From Aplysia californica (Eukaryota): a DNA stretch of 64,000 nucleotides. Positions 40,101-53,287 of this stretch are shown in pieces; within the stretch, counting starts at the first letter, position 1, and each line of letters starts with the position of its first letter. The translations under genes and the position numbers were made by a program. Under the pieces are notes generated by a model, which worked only from the letters and a program-made list of their open reading frames with translations, had not been told where the DNA came from and did no database searches. The stretch is from positions 1,913,701 through 1,977,700 of the forward strand of contig NW_004797297.1 of NCBI RefSeq assembly GCF_000002075.1. The letters are read 5' to 3'.

Positions 40101-43100
40101 TAAAAGTGCGTGGCTAGGTTCCAGCTTTGTGAAGTCATTGTCAGTGCGCACCAGGGAATTTTTCTATTCTTTCACTCCCCTGATATTTAGCTATGGGAGA
40201 AAATTTAGTTTCAAAGAACTTTCAAGCTACTGTCCTATGAAAATTTGTGGAACTCTGTAGTTCACGTTTTGTCTGCATGGTGTTAGTGAGTTGTCCTCTC
40301 AGCATGTTTTCATAACTACTGTAATCTGAGAGGGTTGAACAGTGTGCGGCCTCTGAACTCAAGGGCTTATGCAAATGAGCACTGTGGATTATGTACTGCA
40401 GCTATTAAACGGTATCCTAAAAATCAATTACCCTTGGCTGCTCGAGGTTTGTTTATGTATCCCATTTTGAAATGGACACCTTGTGTTTTCATTAACAACT
40501 TTTAATTTGTGTCAGAAGTGGGTGTCAGATGGCTTTTGTTCATGATAACAATTTCAGTATGTAAACTTTCTGTCCTATTCGCTAACACTTGTTCATACTC
40601 TTTGAAATCAATCAAATGTCCCTTTTAAGGACAAGCGGGCTAACCCAGATTTTGGAGGTTTCCAGAAATCTTGACCTACACCAAATGTGGGCATTGCCCT
40701 ACCTATAGAAGAAGTTTGGTTTCATTGGTGTGTATATTTGTTAGGTTATAGAAAAAACTGTCCTTGTCTTTAAAAGAAACCGAACAAGGGTCCAAAAACT
40801 TTACCTTCGATTTTCTCAAAACATTTTCGGGATAGCCCCCTTGTGCTTAAAAAGGACCATATTTACACTCACTCACCCATGCTTGTGTGCATGCACGACC
40901 ACACTCACACACGCACACACACTCATACGCACGCACACACGCATGCCTGCATGCACGCACACATTTTATTACATAAAATTGTATTTGAACCAGCTTTTTA
41001 GTTATATGAGATAATGTGGTTGTATGAGAGAATGGAAGCATTTTGCTCTCTCTTCAATTAAAAAAAAGAAAGCAAGAATTTTTTTACCCCTTGGTAAAGA
41101 CTTATTGATTATGACACACATAACAATGAAGTATCCTATTTTTGAGCTAAGATTAACGAGTCTTACAAAGAAAGCTGCGCTGTAATTACTTTATTAGCTG
41201 TTGCACCAACATTGCATGGCATTCTTTATGAGGCTACGCCTTGTGCTCACTGAATTTTTGGCCACTGTATCCCAGAGTGGAGTTGTTCTTTAGCTGGTTG
41301 GTTGTCACTGGGGATAGAGAGAAAATGAACATTATGAACTGCTTTAATATTCTACTTTCAGAAGAGAAGGAGAAAGAGCTTATTTGGAAGACCTCAGAAT
41401 TCTTTTTTTTGTTGTTGTCTGTCTGCTTTTTAGTCTATATTGTGTTGATAGATTTGATAAAATTAGCTGTTCTTTCCTTTGTTGATGCTACAGAAGTCTA
41501 TGTACTTGAGGGTTTCTCTCTTCGCAAAATTCTTACTCCAAAAAGATTTATCCTGTTTCTATTTCATACTAAAGAAGTGTTACAAGCTGAGTTAGTGTTT
41601 AAACCAACCTGTTTTTTTTTTCTCTTTCATTTTTATCTGTGGTCAGTTCATTTTTAGCTGAAAGCTATGGTATGGTCTTTGAGTGTGTGGAAGTTTCAAC
41701 TTATTTTCAAAGATGGCTTGATTTTTTTTTCTTCCTTCTGCTAATAATGTAAAACCTCACATATTTTGATTCATGGAAGAACAAGGAAGAAGCTGCATGC
41801 TCAACATGTTTTTGTTGAGTAAATGTGGGTTTAGTTTGGCATGGAAACTCTCAGATACTTCTATCCTCTGCAATATATATATGTGTTTAAGGGCATCAGC
41901 CAGATTGGTGCTAGGGGGTAGGGGTGGGAGGGGGGGGGGGAAACAGTCCCGTCTCACTGCCTTTGATCTAAATGCCCCCAGCACTGTCGTTACTATGGTC
42001 AGTCAGTAGGGACTTAAGCTGCATTAAGGCTGTCATATTGTGAAAGACCCTGGTTGAATATGTGGGACTTATGGTAAATTGCCGTGTAGCGCAGTAGATC
42101 TTTAACTAAACCAGTAGAGCGTGTTATGTATTTTCAACAGATTGATGGTGAGTGGTTCTGCTGCGTTGCCTCAGCCAATCAGCAACCGATGGCTTGAACT
42201 ATCAGGGCACAGACTGCTAGAGAGATATGGCATGACTGAGATTGGAATGGCTCTCACAAACCCTTTGCATGGAGCAAGAGTTCCTGGTAAGAAAGATCTT
42301 TGGCTAAGTGAAGATGTCTTAACTCATTCGCTACGTATTATTTTCGGCTTGTGGATGAATTTTTTTCGGGAGGGCGAATGAGATGATGACTAGTGGGCAG
42401 TTAAAAGGTCTTTGGGACCACAAATTCAAATAAATATCAACGTATTATATACCAATATTTTCAGTATGGTTTGTAGAATACATCTGTAATGTTTATTTAT
42501 GTATTTTTCAAATTTGGTTCCTGTAAGAGGCGATTATGCAACACAATTTTGATTGGATGCAGATAAAATTTGAAAATAATAAATTAATAATCTTTGGTGA
42601 AACTCGAAAAATATGTTTGCACCTAGTCAAATGATTCATCAAAATAACCATAAATGAATATAGAACTGGAAAATATTGAAAAGTTTGCAGTTATTTACAT
42701 ACATTCCATAATATTTGTACATTTGGATCATAACATCCAATATTGAAAAAAAAAAAAAAAATTTATCATCTTGAAAAACGATCAAAAACAGAAAAAACCC
42801 ACTCGTATCTTATATGGAATTATTCAGAATTGCATTTGGAATAAACCTATACCTGTATTGAGGGGCACTTTTTGTGTAATTTCATCCAAAAGTAGTGATT
42901 TTGGGGATAAAAAAATATTTTGACAATTTATATCTAGACCTAGATCTAGATCTACCACTAAAAAATATTGATTTCTTAATAACAGTGCATTGGCAAAATG
43001 AGTCCAATCATATCAATATTATAAAAAAGAGTCCTACATTTCTTTAGTGGGCAAAATAATGATAAATTTTGTTGTGTAAAATTACTAAGACTGGTGTCCT

Positions 43101-46100
43101 GGCTATAATTTTGGCATCGCGAGAAAACAAAGTCGAATAAACTACGAAATCGCGTTTCAAAACTGAATCTAAATTTCCGATTTTCAGTGCAAATGCTCGA
43201 CCCAGAAGTCAACATTATATTATGACCTTTATTTGAACATGGATATGTGGAGTGGAATAGAATCTAAGCTAGAATTGAAGATCAGTTCTCGAGCTGCCGG
43301 GAGCGGCGTAGCGAATGAGTTAAGAGATGTGTTACTTTTCCTTACAGTTTGAGAAGTGGCTGGTGTCATGACTTTTGTTTGTGTTGTAGAAATATGTCGA
43401 GACAAACATTTTCTTTACGCTGTTTAAATCCACTGTTCAGTACAGAGTGTCAAAAAATGAAGCAGTAAGGAGAATGTGCAGATCTAATGGACAATTTCTA
43501 CCTTGCGTTTTTTAAAATGTGGTACTTTATATTTTTCCAAATGTGATCTCTACATCATTTGTCAAATATTCGGTATCCTGTCCAGTTTAGCTAGTTTTGG
43601 GACAAAAGCATCTCATTTTACTGACAAGTATGCATGTATTTATGAAATTTCAAGAACCATTAGATGTTCCATGATTTTTCCTTGTATGACGCTGATGTCA
43701 CTCTTCATTTTGGTGGTGAATACATATTTGTTTTCACTATAAGTATTGTAAGTTGTGTGAACGTGTTAGAGTCTAAAAATCCTATGCCACACTGGTAGAT
43801 CAAAATTTGTTTGACTGTTAGCAGAATACTGTTTTTAAAGTAGTATCACACTACCTCAAAATATTTACTCCTGTTTCATTTTTCCTTTGTGATTTTACAT
43901 TATAAATGACCAGACTGAGCTTAGATTTGTCAATGTCAGTTTTCTCTTTGAAGGGTTCAATTGATAAGACATGAGTCATCTTGTAGAAAATTTTGAGTTG
44001 AATTTTATTTTGAAAAATCTTAGATAATTTTTTCCTTTGAATTTGAGCAAGAAGATATGTCCTGGAGCATATTTGGATTATATAATGATGAATTTTGATG
44101 AATGAAAAAAACAATGGTTTAATCTAAAGTTCGAAGGTCACTGTTGTTTGTTCCATAGGTGCTGTAGGTCTTCCTTTTCCTGAAGTTGAGGTTCGCATTT
44201 CCAAGCCTAATGTGTACTCACCCCGAGGATATGACATCATTGCGGATGGAAATTCAAAGCATACAATTGTGTCCCCTGGTAAACCGCATTTTTAAACTTC
44301 TGACTGTTGCTCTATGGTTGTGGTGTTTGTTTAAGGCAAGTGGATAAATGGGAATCTGAATATATATAGTTGAATCTGCTCTAACTGTAACGACCGCCTG
44401 TCCAAGACAATCATCTAAGCAAACGACCACTTCCCACTTGCATTGGTTCTATATTGTATGTGTCATACGCGGTAGAATCAGGCACTTGTCAATTTTTGGA
44501 CCTATGGAGTTATTAGTATCATCTTAAAGCTAGTTCATTTGTCTTGCTTTCTGTGAAAAATTTACCTATTTATCTAAAATAGAATTTGAAATATTTGCGA
44601 TTGAAGGAGGTGGGAGTCACCTGGTTTCAGTGGTAAAATTATCGAGAAAATGGTTGTTAAAGTTTGTTGACTTCCAAAGCTTTACAGTCCTTGAAAATTG
44701 TAAATTTACATTTTCTGTGACTTTAATCAGTGTTTTCAGTAAAATCCCCCTGCAATATATTTTTAAATAGACATTAAAGGAATTGAGTAGACCTGCCACT
44801 CATTCCAATTTAATTGTGATATCTTGATTTTTTTCCGCAAAATCTCAAGCATCCCAATTTTCCCGCGTGTGTCATGATTTTTTGTTGTTGCGTTTGTTGC
44901 GTCCGATTCCCAGAATAAAAAATTCTGCAATCTTTTTGCTTGGAAGCACCGATTTGACTTTTTATTGGTAGGAACTGGGAACGCTATATTCTAAAACATC
45001 AATGTTAGATCTAGTAGATGACTCACGCACATTATTTCAACTAAAATTGAAGTAGAATCGATTTTGAATTCTGACTTGGATACTCTCAAGGTCTACTTTT
45101 GCTTTTGTTACCCAGAATTCTCAGATGATGGCCTGATTACTGTAACAATTATGACATAGGACTAAAAGTAATCAAGCTTCATCCGAAATCTGGTTAGTTG
45201 GGCCCATCATCAAGACCTGTTAGTGGAACTTTCAAACACTCGTTCGCATCACGTGACATGACCTCCTACGTGTGAGTGGCGTGTGTGTCAGGGACCGTCG
45301 GCTGTCGGGGTCAACAAAGATCATTCACACCTGTCGCATTGGTCGAGATGTTTTACAGGACTTAACTAGTGTGGGACGACAGGGTGGATGGGGTGGGGGT
45401 ATTGTTTTGACACTTGGGCTTAAAGTGCGTGCCTTGATACATGTACAAATTGAGGATAAAGGAATAAGAAAAAAAACAAAACAACCTTGGCCCGATTGTT
45501 TTTAGGGCTGAGGGGTGCCGTGAGTGTATATGCGACTGAAGTCAAATGTCGTTACTGCATGAAAACGCACACCTTTTGCGTGGATGAGTAGAGTTATGTG
45601 TGAGCTATTTTCAAGACTACCCGTTTCAGCCTCACTGCAACCTGCACTCCCCCAGTTTATCCAAGTCTGATTCGAGTACATGCTCTCTATCAGTTTTTTC
45701 CCTCTACTTTGAGGCCCAAATGTGATTCCTGCCAAAGTTTTGTCTTGCACGCCTGCATCATAAAAGGGAACCAGGGACCCCCCCCCCCACCTTCTTTCCC
45801 CAGTGCCCCTTATGATTGATTTGCCGTTGGTCCCGATTTTTGTCTCCAGATCGTAATTTTTTTTACTATGAAATCCTAATTTTTAGAGTTCATAGAGTGG
45901 CAGATCTGGCGCTGAGCCAAAAATTAAAAAGGAAAATAAAGATTTCTTTCCAAACTGAAAGAAAAATGTCATTTTCTTATATATCATTATTTTGACGAGC
46001 GCCTGATTTCACCACGATGCCTTACATATATATGGAAACTGACCAGAAAGACCACCCGTATAAGATGGCCACTTTTCTTCTCAACAATGGGTGGTTATCT

Positions 46101-49100
46101 TGAACAGGTTTGTCTTCAGTTACTGTTGTAAGAAAAGTGAGTAACTGCAAGTTTAGTCACCTTGTAATGCAGGGTTTGTGACAGTGATGGTATATTGAAG
46201 TTTTTAGTTCTGGATGACTGCTCTAATTCTATTGTACTGCTCTTGCTCCCTTTTGTCAGCTGTCATTGGTCATGTTCAAACATCGGTACGATGTACAGTC
46301 TCATAAAAGGTATTGTAGAGGCTGAACTCCTGATTCTGCAAGCAAAAAACTGACTAATAGATACATCATGTCATAGAGTTCATTGTAGAAGCTCATGTGA
46401 GTGGTGTGATTGTCCCCATCTATATATGGATGTCTCGGGTCCTCACCTACTGATGCAGGCAAGATTTCTTGTGCTGGTTTAATCCGGATTGATTTTGGAA
46501 AGTGAACTTAACTTTGTCTTTTGGTAGAACATATTTTCCTCATTCTGGTCACTTATTGGCTGTGTGTCGGTTGAGTCAATGCTTGTTTTAGAACATTTTG
46601 TGCTAAGACTAAAGTGGTTAAAACATTTGTTGCCGAAAGAAGAGGTTGTCAAAATGTCAACCTATTTGTGTGTGTGAATGTGCGTGCATGTGTGCACTTT
46701 TGTATATATGTATGTGTGTATGTGTGTGTGTGCTTGTGTGTGTAAGTGTCTGTGTGTGTATTTAAGTGTCTGTATGTGTGTTGTATATGTTTTTGTGTGT
46801 GTGTGTGCGTGAGTGTGTGTGTGTGTATGTGTGTGTGTGTGTGTGTGTGTGTTTTAACGTATGTTTGTGCATGTAATTTAACTTTGGTGTGAATTATTAT
46901 TATCTTTTTTTTTTTCTGCTTAACCCTTTCTGAAGTGACATGTTTCATGCCTTATTCGAAGTGACTGGGTGTTTTACACTCGTACACTCTGAATATAGAG
47001 AAATATCGACATAGGTCTCAAACTAGTGGCTAGGTGGGTTACACCTGTACTCCCTAGATGAGTACAAGTTTGTATTGTGGCTGGTAAGTTGTATTTAGAA
47101 TATAATATATATATTAAAGTTATTTAGTTTTCCAGAACTATTGAGCTGTTTGCTTTCTCCAGGATCAGAAGAGGAGCTGGGAGACTTGCTGGTGCGAGGT
47201 CCATCCGTGTTCAGAGAGTACTGGAACAAACCAGAGGCTACGGCGCAGAGTTTTACAAAAGATGGATGGTTCAAAACAGGTAAATCCATCTCTGTCAATA
47301 AGGAAAAGCAAAGCCATGATAGATCACTTGTGGTGATGAAAAGAGAATTGACCAAGTTTCTGAGTGTGGCCTAAATGTGTAAAATTTAAAAAGAAAAAGT
47401 GAGATGTTGATGCCATTGAAATTTGAATGTCAAAGTAGGAGTTAAAAGATGATACAACAGCTTTGCTAGAGTTGATTTTGATATTTTTTAGGAAGTTGTC
47501 TTTGATTGAAGCAGTGGCTATGGTTCAAACTCCATCCATCGAGTGGTTCAAATCAGATCGGTACCCTGAACTTTCTCCTTGAAAAGTTTTTATTTTAGAC
47601 TGGTGTCCTGAGCAAGGACCTATTGCTCTAATCTCAAAAGGTCCTTCGCTATGCTTATACAGATGTTAAACGTCCACACAAAACGAAGCCAAAATAAATC
47701 TCTGACTTGAATCCAATCTCATACTTAGCTCAAGATATAATCTGAGCACTTATAATTGATAAAACTGAATGAAGAAGCTTAAACATTTCTCTTTTGTGGT
47801 TGACATTTATGGCCTTCTACAACTTTGATGAATCGAAGGTGACACGGTCATTTACAAGGACGAGTCGTACAGAATCGTGGGCCGCACCTCAGTGGATGTG
47901 ATCAAGAGCGGGGGCTACAAGATCAGCGCACTGGACGTGGAGCGCCACCTGCTGGCTCACCCGGACATACAGGACTGTGCTGTGGTTGGCTTGCCTGACC
48001 TCACCTGGGGTCAGAAGGTAAGATTTTCTCACTGTACTGTAAATCTAAGCGAAATCTTGAAAAGTAGAAAAGTGTTGAGATTTTGGGACCTTTTAGCATT
48101 TGACTATTTTTCGAGATATGTGTTTGTGAAGATGATACAGTCGAACCTGCCTTGACGGCCACCTGTATAATATGGCCACATGTACAAACGGCCATTTTCC
48201 ATTTTCCCCCTTGTGTTTTTCTATATAATTTAACTGTGTAAAACGGTTATATGTCCAACGCGGCCGCGGCCACCTTATTTTATCAACCCACGGTCAAATT
48301 TACCTGCCTCAGGCGGCCAGGCGTTGTCACTTATTACCCGATGTTTTGTCATAAATTTTGATTTGGCCCCTCACGCTGTAGATGGGCCATCATAATTCAT
48401 TCACTTGTCGTTATTGTTAGTCCTTCCAATGAATGTTTACCCGAGTTGACCATTGGGTAGGCCTAACAATAAATTTTCAACTGCTAGTGAGGGAAACGTG
48501 ATCCGTCATAACCTGTAAGCCCCGCCCACAATTCATGCACAAATTGTGTGTGAGGTGACCGGTCACTGTTTTGTTTACCTAATCTGTAACAAAGTTACTT
48601 TGGGCACTGACTTGAACTTGTAACAGATGCGTCGCTCGTTCTCCAAGTGATGGTGACCCGTGTGTTTGTTTTACTGTGGCACTCGGTCTTCATTGTCTTA
48701 CTTACATAAAACATTATTTCGTTCATTATACCCTTGCACAAAATCGGCAACAAAAAAAGCTAACCCAAAGCTACACCAACTAAACAACAACACAAAAAAA
48801 CTTCTTACACCACCCACCCCCCTTTTTTGAAAGAAAACAAAAACCCTCTTGAATTACTCTTACAGTAGTCGTAATCCCGAGATCAGCCCAGGTTTGGACC
48901 TCAGAAGGGAATAGTTTGCTTTCTTCATTTTGACCAGTCCTGCCTAAGACGGCCACCTGTTTTATACGGCCACTTTTCTCCTTGACAATGGGTGGCCATT
49001 TTACGCAGGTTTGACTGTACTTTATTTGCTCAGTTCATCTAGCAGTGAGTTTTCAAAGGGAATTATCATTTCTTTGTTGCTGTTATAAGTTCTACAGCTA

Positions 49101-50608
49101 AAAGGTTTTTAGATCTATGTCCCAGTAACATAAGATATTAATATTACTGAATTAAATTTTACTGCACCGAATTGATAAAAATAAAATTTATTTTTACTGT
49201 AATGCAGCAATCTATTTTCATTTTACGTATTGACCGTCCACCCCGCCTTAAAGATCACTTCACCTGAACATAGCTGTCGCCTGTACTTATAGCCACTGTT
49301 CTGTGACATCATTGCATTTTTCCTATCCTCTAACCTGTCTCTGGTCAGTTAAATTTGTGACAAGCTGGCCTTAAGACCTGAACATAGCGTTCACTTACCT
49401 CAAAAGATTTTTGCAAAGTGTACATTCAATTAATACAAAGAAGCTCTTCTTATGATAGAGAACAAGTTTGATGGAAATGAAATGAAAAGATGAAATAAAG
49501 GTATCAGTTTTAAACCGTCTGTGGACTTTGTCAAGTCTTGTAAGTAGCCATAACACAGACCTTATCCATAATGGCCACTGGTCTGTAATGACACTGTTTA
49601 TAGCGATCTTGAGTGATGGTTGTAGACAGGTTCAACTGTACTAGTCCCGGTGCTCATTTACAGTTAATGACTATGTTCTAAAAAAATTTCCTAATAAATT
49701 ATTATGATACGAACAAATGTAATTTCAGTATAATTGAAAGTTCATAAAGAAGCTAAAATTTATCCTCAAATGTTCAAATATCAGGTTTCTTCACTGTGTA
49801 TTGTCATTTGCTAACATCACAAAAAAAAGATTTAGGAACCATTTTAAAGTTTGCCTTTCGATTTTCTTGATTTCATTTGATTGTTCTCTAATTTTGGGGC
49901 ATGTTTCTTTGCAGTATTGCATCAAGTGTGTAAACTGGATGTTGAGAGAATTGAAATTGAAATTTGTTGACAAAGTCTGCATCAATCTATCTTAGAAGCG
50001 TATTGAAATCAGATGTTTATTTTTGTAATTTTGAGATTTGTCTACTCTAATTGTTATACTTTTCTTCCACCTTGATAAGATTTCTTAATCGTCACTGNNN
50101 NNNNNNNNNNNNNNNNNNNNNNNNNNNNNNNNNNNNNNNNNNNNNNNNNNNNNNNNNNNNNNNNNNNNNNNNNNNNNNNNNNNNNNNNNNNNNNNNNNNN
50201 NNNNNNNNNNNNNNNNNNNNNNNNNNNNNNNNNNNNNNNNNNNNNNNNNNNNNNNNNNNNNNNNNNNNNNNNNNNNNNNNNNNNNNNNNNNNNNNNNNNN
50301 NNNNNNNNNNNNNNNNNNNNNNNNNNNNNNNNNNNNNNNNNNNNNNNNNNNNNNNNNNNNNNNNNNNNNNNNNNNNNNNNNNNNNNNNNNCTTGATCCTT
50401 GCAGATTGCTGCAGTGCTGGTTATTGGAGGAGACAAGACCATAGAACTGTCAGAGCTACGTGAGTGGGGGTCGGAGCATCTTGCCAGTTACCAGCTTCCC
50501 ACTGTGATCAAATGCCTTGAGTCTCTTCCACGGAATGCCATGGGAAAAGTAAATAAAAAGGAGCTCACTAAACAAGTCTTTCCCGAATTTCTCAACCAAA
50601 GCTGGTGA
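36381..50608 (+). CDS. ACSF3: Acyl-CoA synthetase family member 3 (mitochondrial malonyl-/methylmalonyl-CoA synthetase), 677 aa. Exons: 36381-37162, 37434-37551, 37987-38178, 39290-39465, 42141-42286, 44159-44278, 47163-47279, 47839-48017, 50405-50608
   Basis: In-frame GT-AG exon chain of 2034 nt. Motifs: [11 protein letters not shown] (AMP-binding), [82 protein letters not shown]. Confidence 0.96.
37434..37551 (+). CDS. ACSF3: ACSF3 exon (...[12 protein letters not shown])
   Basis: cag|G acceptor, AAG|gtaaac donor. Confidence 0.92.
37987..38178 (+). CDS. ACSF3: ACSF3 exon (GVVLTHGN...[11 protein letters not shown]...FDPGQ)
   Basis: tag|GGT acceptor, CAG|gtaggg donor. Confidence 0.93.
38599..39099. 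mobile_element. piggyBac-like MITE
   Basis: TTAA|CTCACTTGAGCC...GGTTCAAGTGAG|TTAA. Confidence 0.8.
39290..39465 (+). CDS. ACSF3: ACSF3 exon (VWNTL...[12 protein letters not shown]...)
   Basis: cag|GTT acceptor, AG|gtgaga donor. Confidence 0.93.
42141..42286 (+). CDS. ACSF3: ACSF3 exon ([10 protein letters not shown]...[12 protein letters not shown])
   Basis: cag|A acceptor, G|gtaaga donor. Confidence 0.94.
42323..43319. mobile_element. piggyBac-like non-autonomous element
   Basis: TTAA|CTCATTCGCTACG...CGTAGCGAATGAG|TTAA, perfect 13-bp TIR. Confidence 0.85.
44159..44278 (+). CDS. ACSF3: ACSF3 exon ([14 protein letters not shown]...VSP)
   Basis: tag|GT acceptor, G|gtaaac donor. Confidence 0.9.
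44368..46115. mobile_element. Decayed pogo/Tigger-like element containing a nested hAT-like insertion (44788-45908)
   Basis: Outer ends resemble the 48138-49017 family; inner TIR TAGACCTGCCACTC / GAGTGGCAGATCTG. Confidence 0.5.
46666..46872. repeat. Degenerate (GT)n microsatellite
   Basis: Direct inspection. Confidence 0.9.
47163..47279 (+). CDS. ACSF3: ACSF3 exon ([19 protein letters not shown]...DGWFKT)
   Basis: cag|GA acceptor, G|gtaaat donor. Confidence 0.94.
47839..48017 (+). CDS. ACSF3: ACSF3 exon (GDTVIYK...[14 protein letters not shown]...TWGQK)
   Basis: aag|GT acceptor, AAG|gtaaga donor. Confidence 0.92.
48138..49017. mobile_element. pogo/Tigger-like (Tc1/mariner superfamily) MITE
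   Basis: TA|CAGTCGAACCTGC...GCAGGTTTGACTG|TA with repeated ACGGCCACC subterminal motifs. Confidence 0.85.
49230..49640. mobile_element. Older copy of the pogo/Tigger-like MITE
   Basis: Ends in gacaggttcaactg|ta with diverged ggccac motifs. Confidence 0.45.
50405..50608 (+). CDS. ACSF3: ACSF3 last coding exon (...[12 protein letters not shown]...SW*)
   Basis: cag|ATT acceptor, TGA stop; catalytic Lys motif. Confidence 0.92.
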   Translation: MAAVLVIGGDKTIELSELREWGSEHLASYQLPTVIKCLESLPRNAMGKVNKKELTKQVFPEFLNQSW

Positions 50609-50668
50609 AGTGCTCTTTCTGGATATAAGTGTGTGTTACTTGTCTCTTCAGTGTCAAAATGTGAACCA

Positions 50669-50691
50669 AATAAAAACCCTTGCAAAATAAA
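50669..50691 (+). promoter_or_regulatory. Candidate ACSF3 polyadenylation signals (AATAAA x2)
   Basis: AATAAA at 50669 and 50686, 60-80 nt after the stop. Confidence 0.5.
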
Positions 50692-51074
50692 ATATAAAAA
50701 ACTGTGACAGTTGCCCCTGTTTGGAGGGTGTTCTCAGAAAATTCTGATTTCATTTTTCTGATTTTAGTGATATGTTAATCAGATTTTTTCTGGATTAAAG
50801 ACTCAAGTTCTGCTTCTAAAGTAAGAAATTTTGTCTTTTTATCCTTATGGTGGTTAGTTTCTGCACTGGACATGTTGTTTGAAAAGACAAAAAGTTTTAA
50901 AAAGCAATGCTTACTTTTCCTGTGACAAATGAATATGACATTTTACTGACAATAATGTTTTCAAATATTTATGAATGTGAGTATATCTAGAATACATTGA
51001 AATGATTTCTATAATTTGTACAATGGCCTACATCTTCAAGAGTTGACACCCATAACTGAAGTTCCTATGTAATA

Positions 51075-52419
51075 CAGTGGCGTCCAAAAGAAACTTGAAA
51101 ATGTAATCACCCAGTCATCGTGTTAAAGCCTTGCACTGCTCACTCATTCAGCATACTAGTTTAAAGCTGAATAAATTCTGCATCTTCTGACATATATTTC
51201 TTCTATGGTAAGAGACACTTGAGATATAGTCACTCCAAACTGACCTTAAAAAACTAAGCCAAAGAAACTTAAAACTGTGCTTGCGCATGTCATGTATTGA
51301 AGAGCATCAATATTGCTAGAATGGACTACATTGCATTGCCAATTAATCGAGAATTTTGTTTCTTCAAAAAACAATATTTTATTACTATAGTTTCAAACAA
51401 AACGGAAAACAGAGCAATCACAAATACTGTGCAAAATTTTGACTTAACATTAAATGTGCTCATTGTTATTTTGCCTGGGATCTATTAGTTTTGGCATTGA
51501 CTCTATATAATTTTGGACATAATTATCTGTCATTTCATCCCAAATGTCACAGAGAATTGCAAACAAAAGGTCTGAATTTGTAGCAAAGTCGTTTTATTTC
51601 AGCTACTGTGTCATGGGGTTTCACGTACCTGTAGGATTCAAATCGGGGCCCTTAACTGGTGACCACTCCAACGTTGATATGATTTGGTTTTCCAAGAATT
51701 GTCTAGTGGCATTTGGCTCTGTGAGTAAAAGATTTGCTATGCATGGAGATGTCTATTTGAATGACACAATAATGAAAATATTAAGAGTAAGATATGACAC
51801 TCCAGCACTTGCGAAATGTAGGCCACCAAGTGAAACGATCAGGTGATTCTCACGAGGGAGGTTTTGTTTATTCCATCCCAGACCACCCTGAACCATGGCT
51901 GTTTTGTGGCCTCTGTGCCTCACTGACATATCATTATGTTCAAAATCTAACTAACACAGTCCATGTGCCAAAAAGCTTTCAAGCTCTACGTGAAAACAAT
52001 AAATTCTAAATTAAATCAAAATCATGTTAATAAGCACATGTAACTTTCAGTCCTTGTTTTGAGTGATATTTGTGCCTGCTCTGTTTTTCCTTCTGTTTGA
52101 AAGTATTATTATTATCAGAAGATTCTGTTCATTGCAGAGACAATAATATTTTCTTTCCATTTGATATTCAATACATGCCCATTCTACCACGGTTGATGCC
52201 CCTCAATAGGCCTACATGCGCCAACACACCTGATTTTTAAAAGTCAATTTTGAGTGACTATATCTTGGGTGTCTCTTAGCATAGATGAAATGTTAATTTG
52301 TCGGATAATGCAGAATTTATTTAGCTTTAAATTGGTATGCTGCATGAGTGGGTAGTGCAAGGCTTTAACACGATGATCAGGTGATTACATTTTTAAAGTT
52401 TTTATTTTGAATGTCAATG
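51075..52419 (-). mobile_element. Decayed Tc1 transposon with ~190-bp TIRs and transposase remnant
   Basis: 51075-51255 is reverse-complementary to ~52235-52419, TA|CAGTG start. Minus strand reads VWDGI.KTSLV.I, YISQVL and ATRQFLENQ..LEWSPVKGPDLNP (Tc1 WP..SPDLNP motif). Confidence 0.82.
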
Positions 52420-53071
52420 TTTAAGATTTGTGTTTTCTCTCAATGTGCTCATTTTGCCTGCTAAGAGCCCGCTAGACTTCTTTTAAGGTAAATATGGTGT
52501 CACACATAATCTTCTCAAAAGCTTCAGAGTTTATAGATTCATGTTGCTTTGTAAATATTTATTTTGGTGAGTCATATGCACCGGTGACCAGTCTTTTGCA
52601 CTTGCACTGTGGGGATTACAGATAATGTAATCACATACTTAGCTGGTAGATCTTCTACCACTACCAGCGATTCTTAGTACTCTCCATAGTGGAGGTTTCT
52701 GGACCTCGCACAAATGTCAGAATTTTTTTTCTGTGGTTGATATTTAGGAGATATAACTTTCCTTCTGTCAGACATAATTGAGAAGGAAGAAAAGGGCGGG
52801 GAGTATGTGGAGGGGGTGGAAGGGGGGAGCCATATGTTTGTCCTAGTTATAGATTTCATTGGTGAGTCTGCTTATTCTTACTGGTATTTTACTTTTGGAA
52901 TATGTCAGAACCAAAGACAAGTTTTGTTGTAACATGATGAACTTTCGTCAGCTTTTTAAAAAAATGACAAAAGTAGTTTTATTGTGGTCTGGACAAATTG
53001 CTGTGCAGATAGTCTGACTACATTGCAACTATTTATATATTGTTGTACTGAAGGTGTTTTTTTCAGCTTAA

Positions 53072-53287
53072 ACACACACACACACACACACACACACGCA
53101 TAATACGTATGCACACACACACTCAAGCACACACACACACGCATAATACATATATGCACATACACTCCCCCAAAAACACACACACTCACACTTACACACA
53201 CATGCACTCACATACTCACCCACACACACACGCAAATGCAGATAGACACATATGTATGTGTGCATGTGTATGTGTGTGAGTGTGTGC
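53072..53287. repeat. Degenerate (CA)n/(GT)n microsatellite
   Basis: Direct inspection. Confidence 0.9.
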
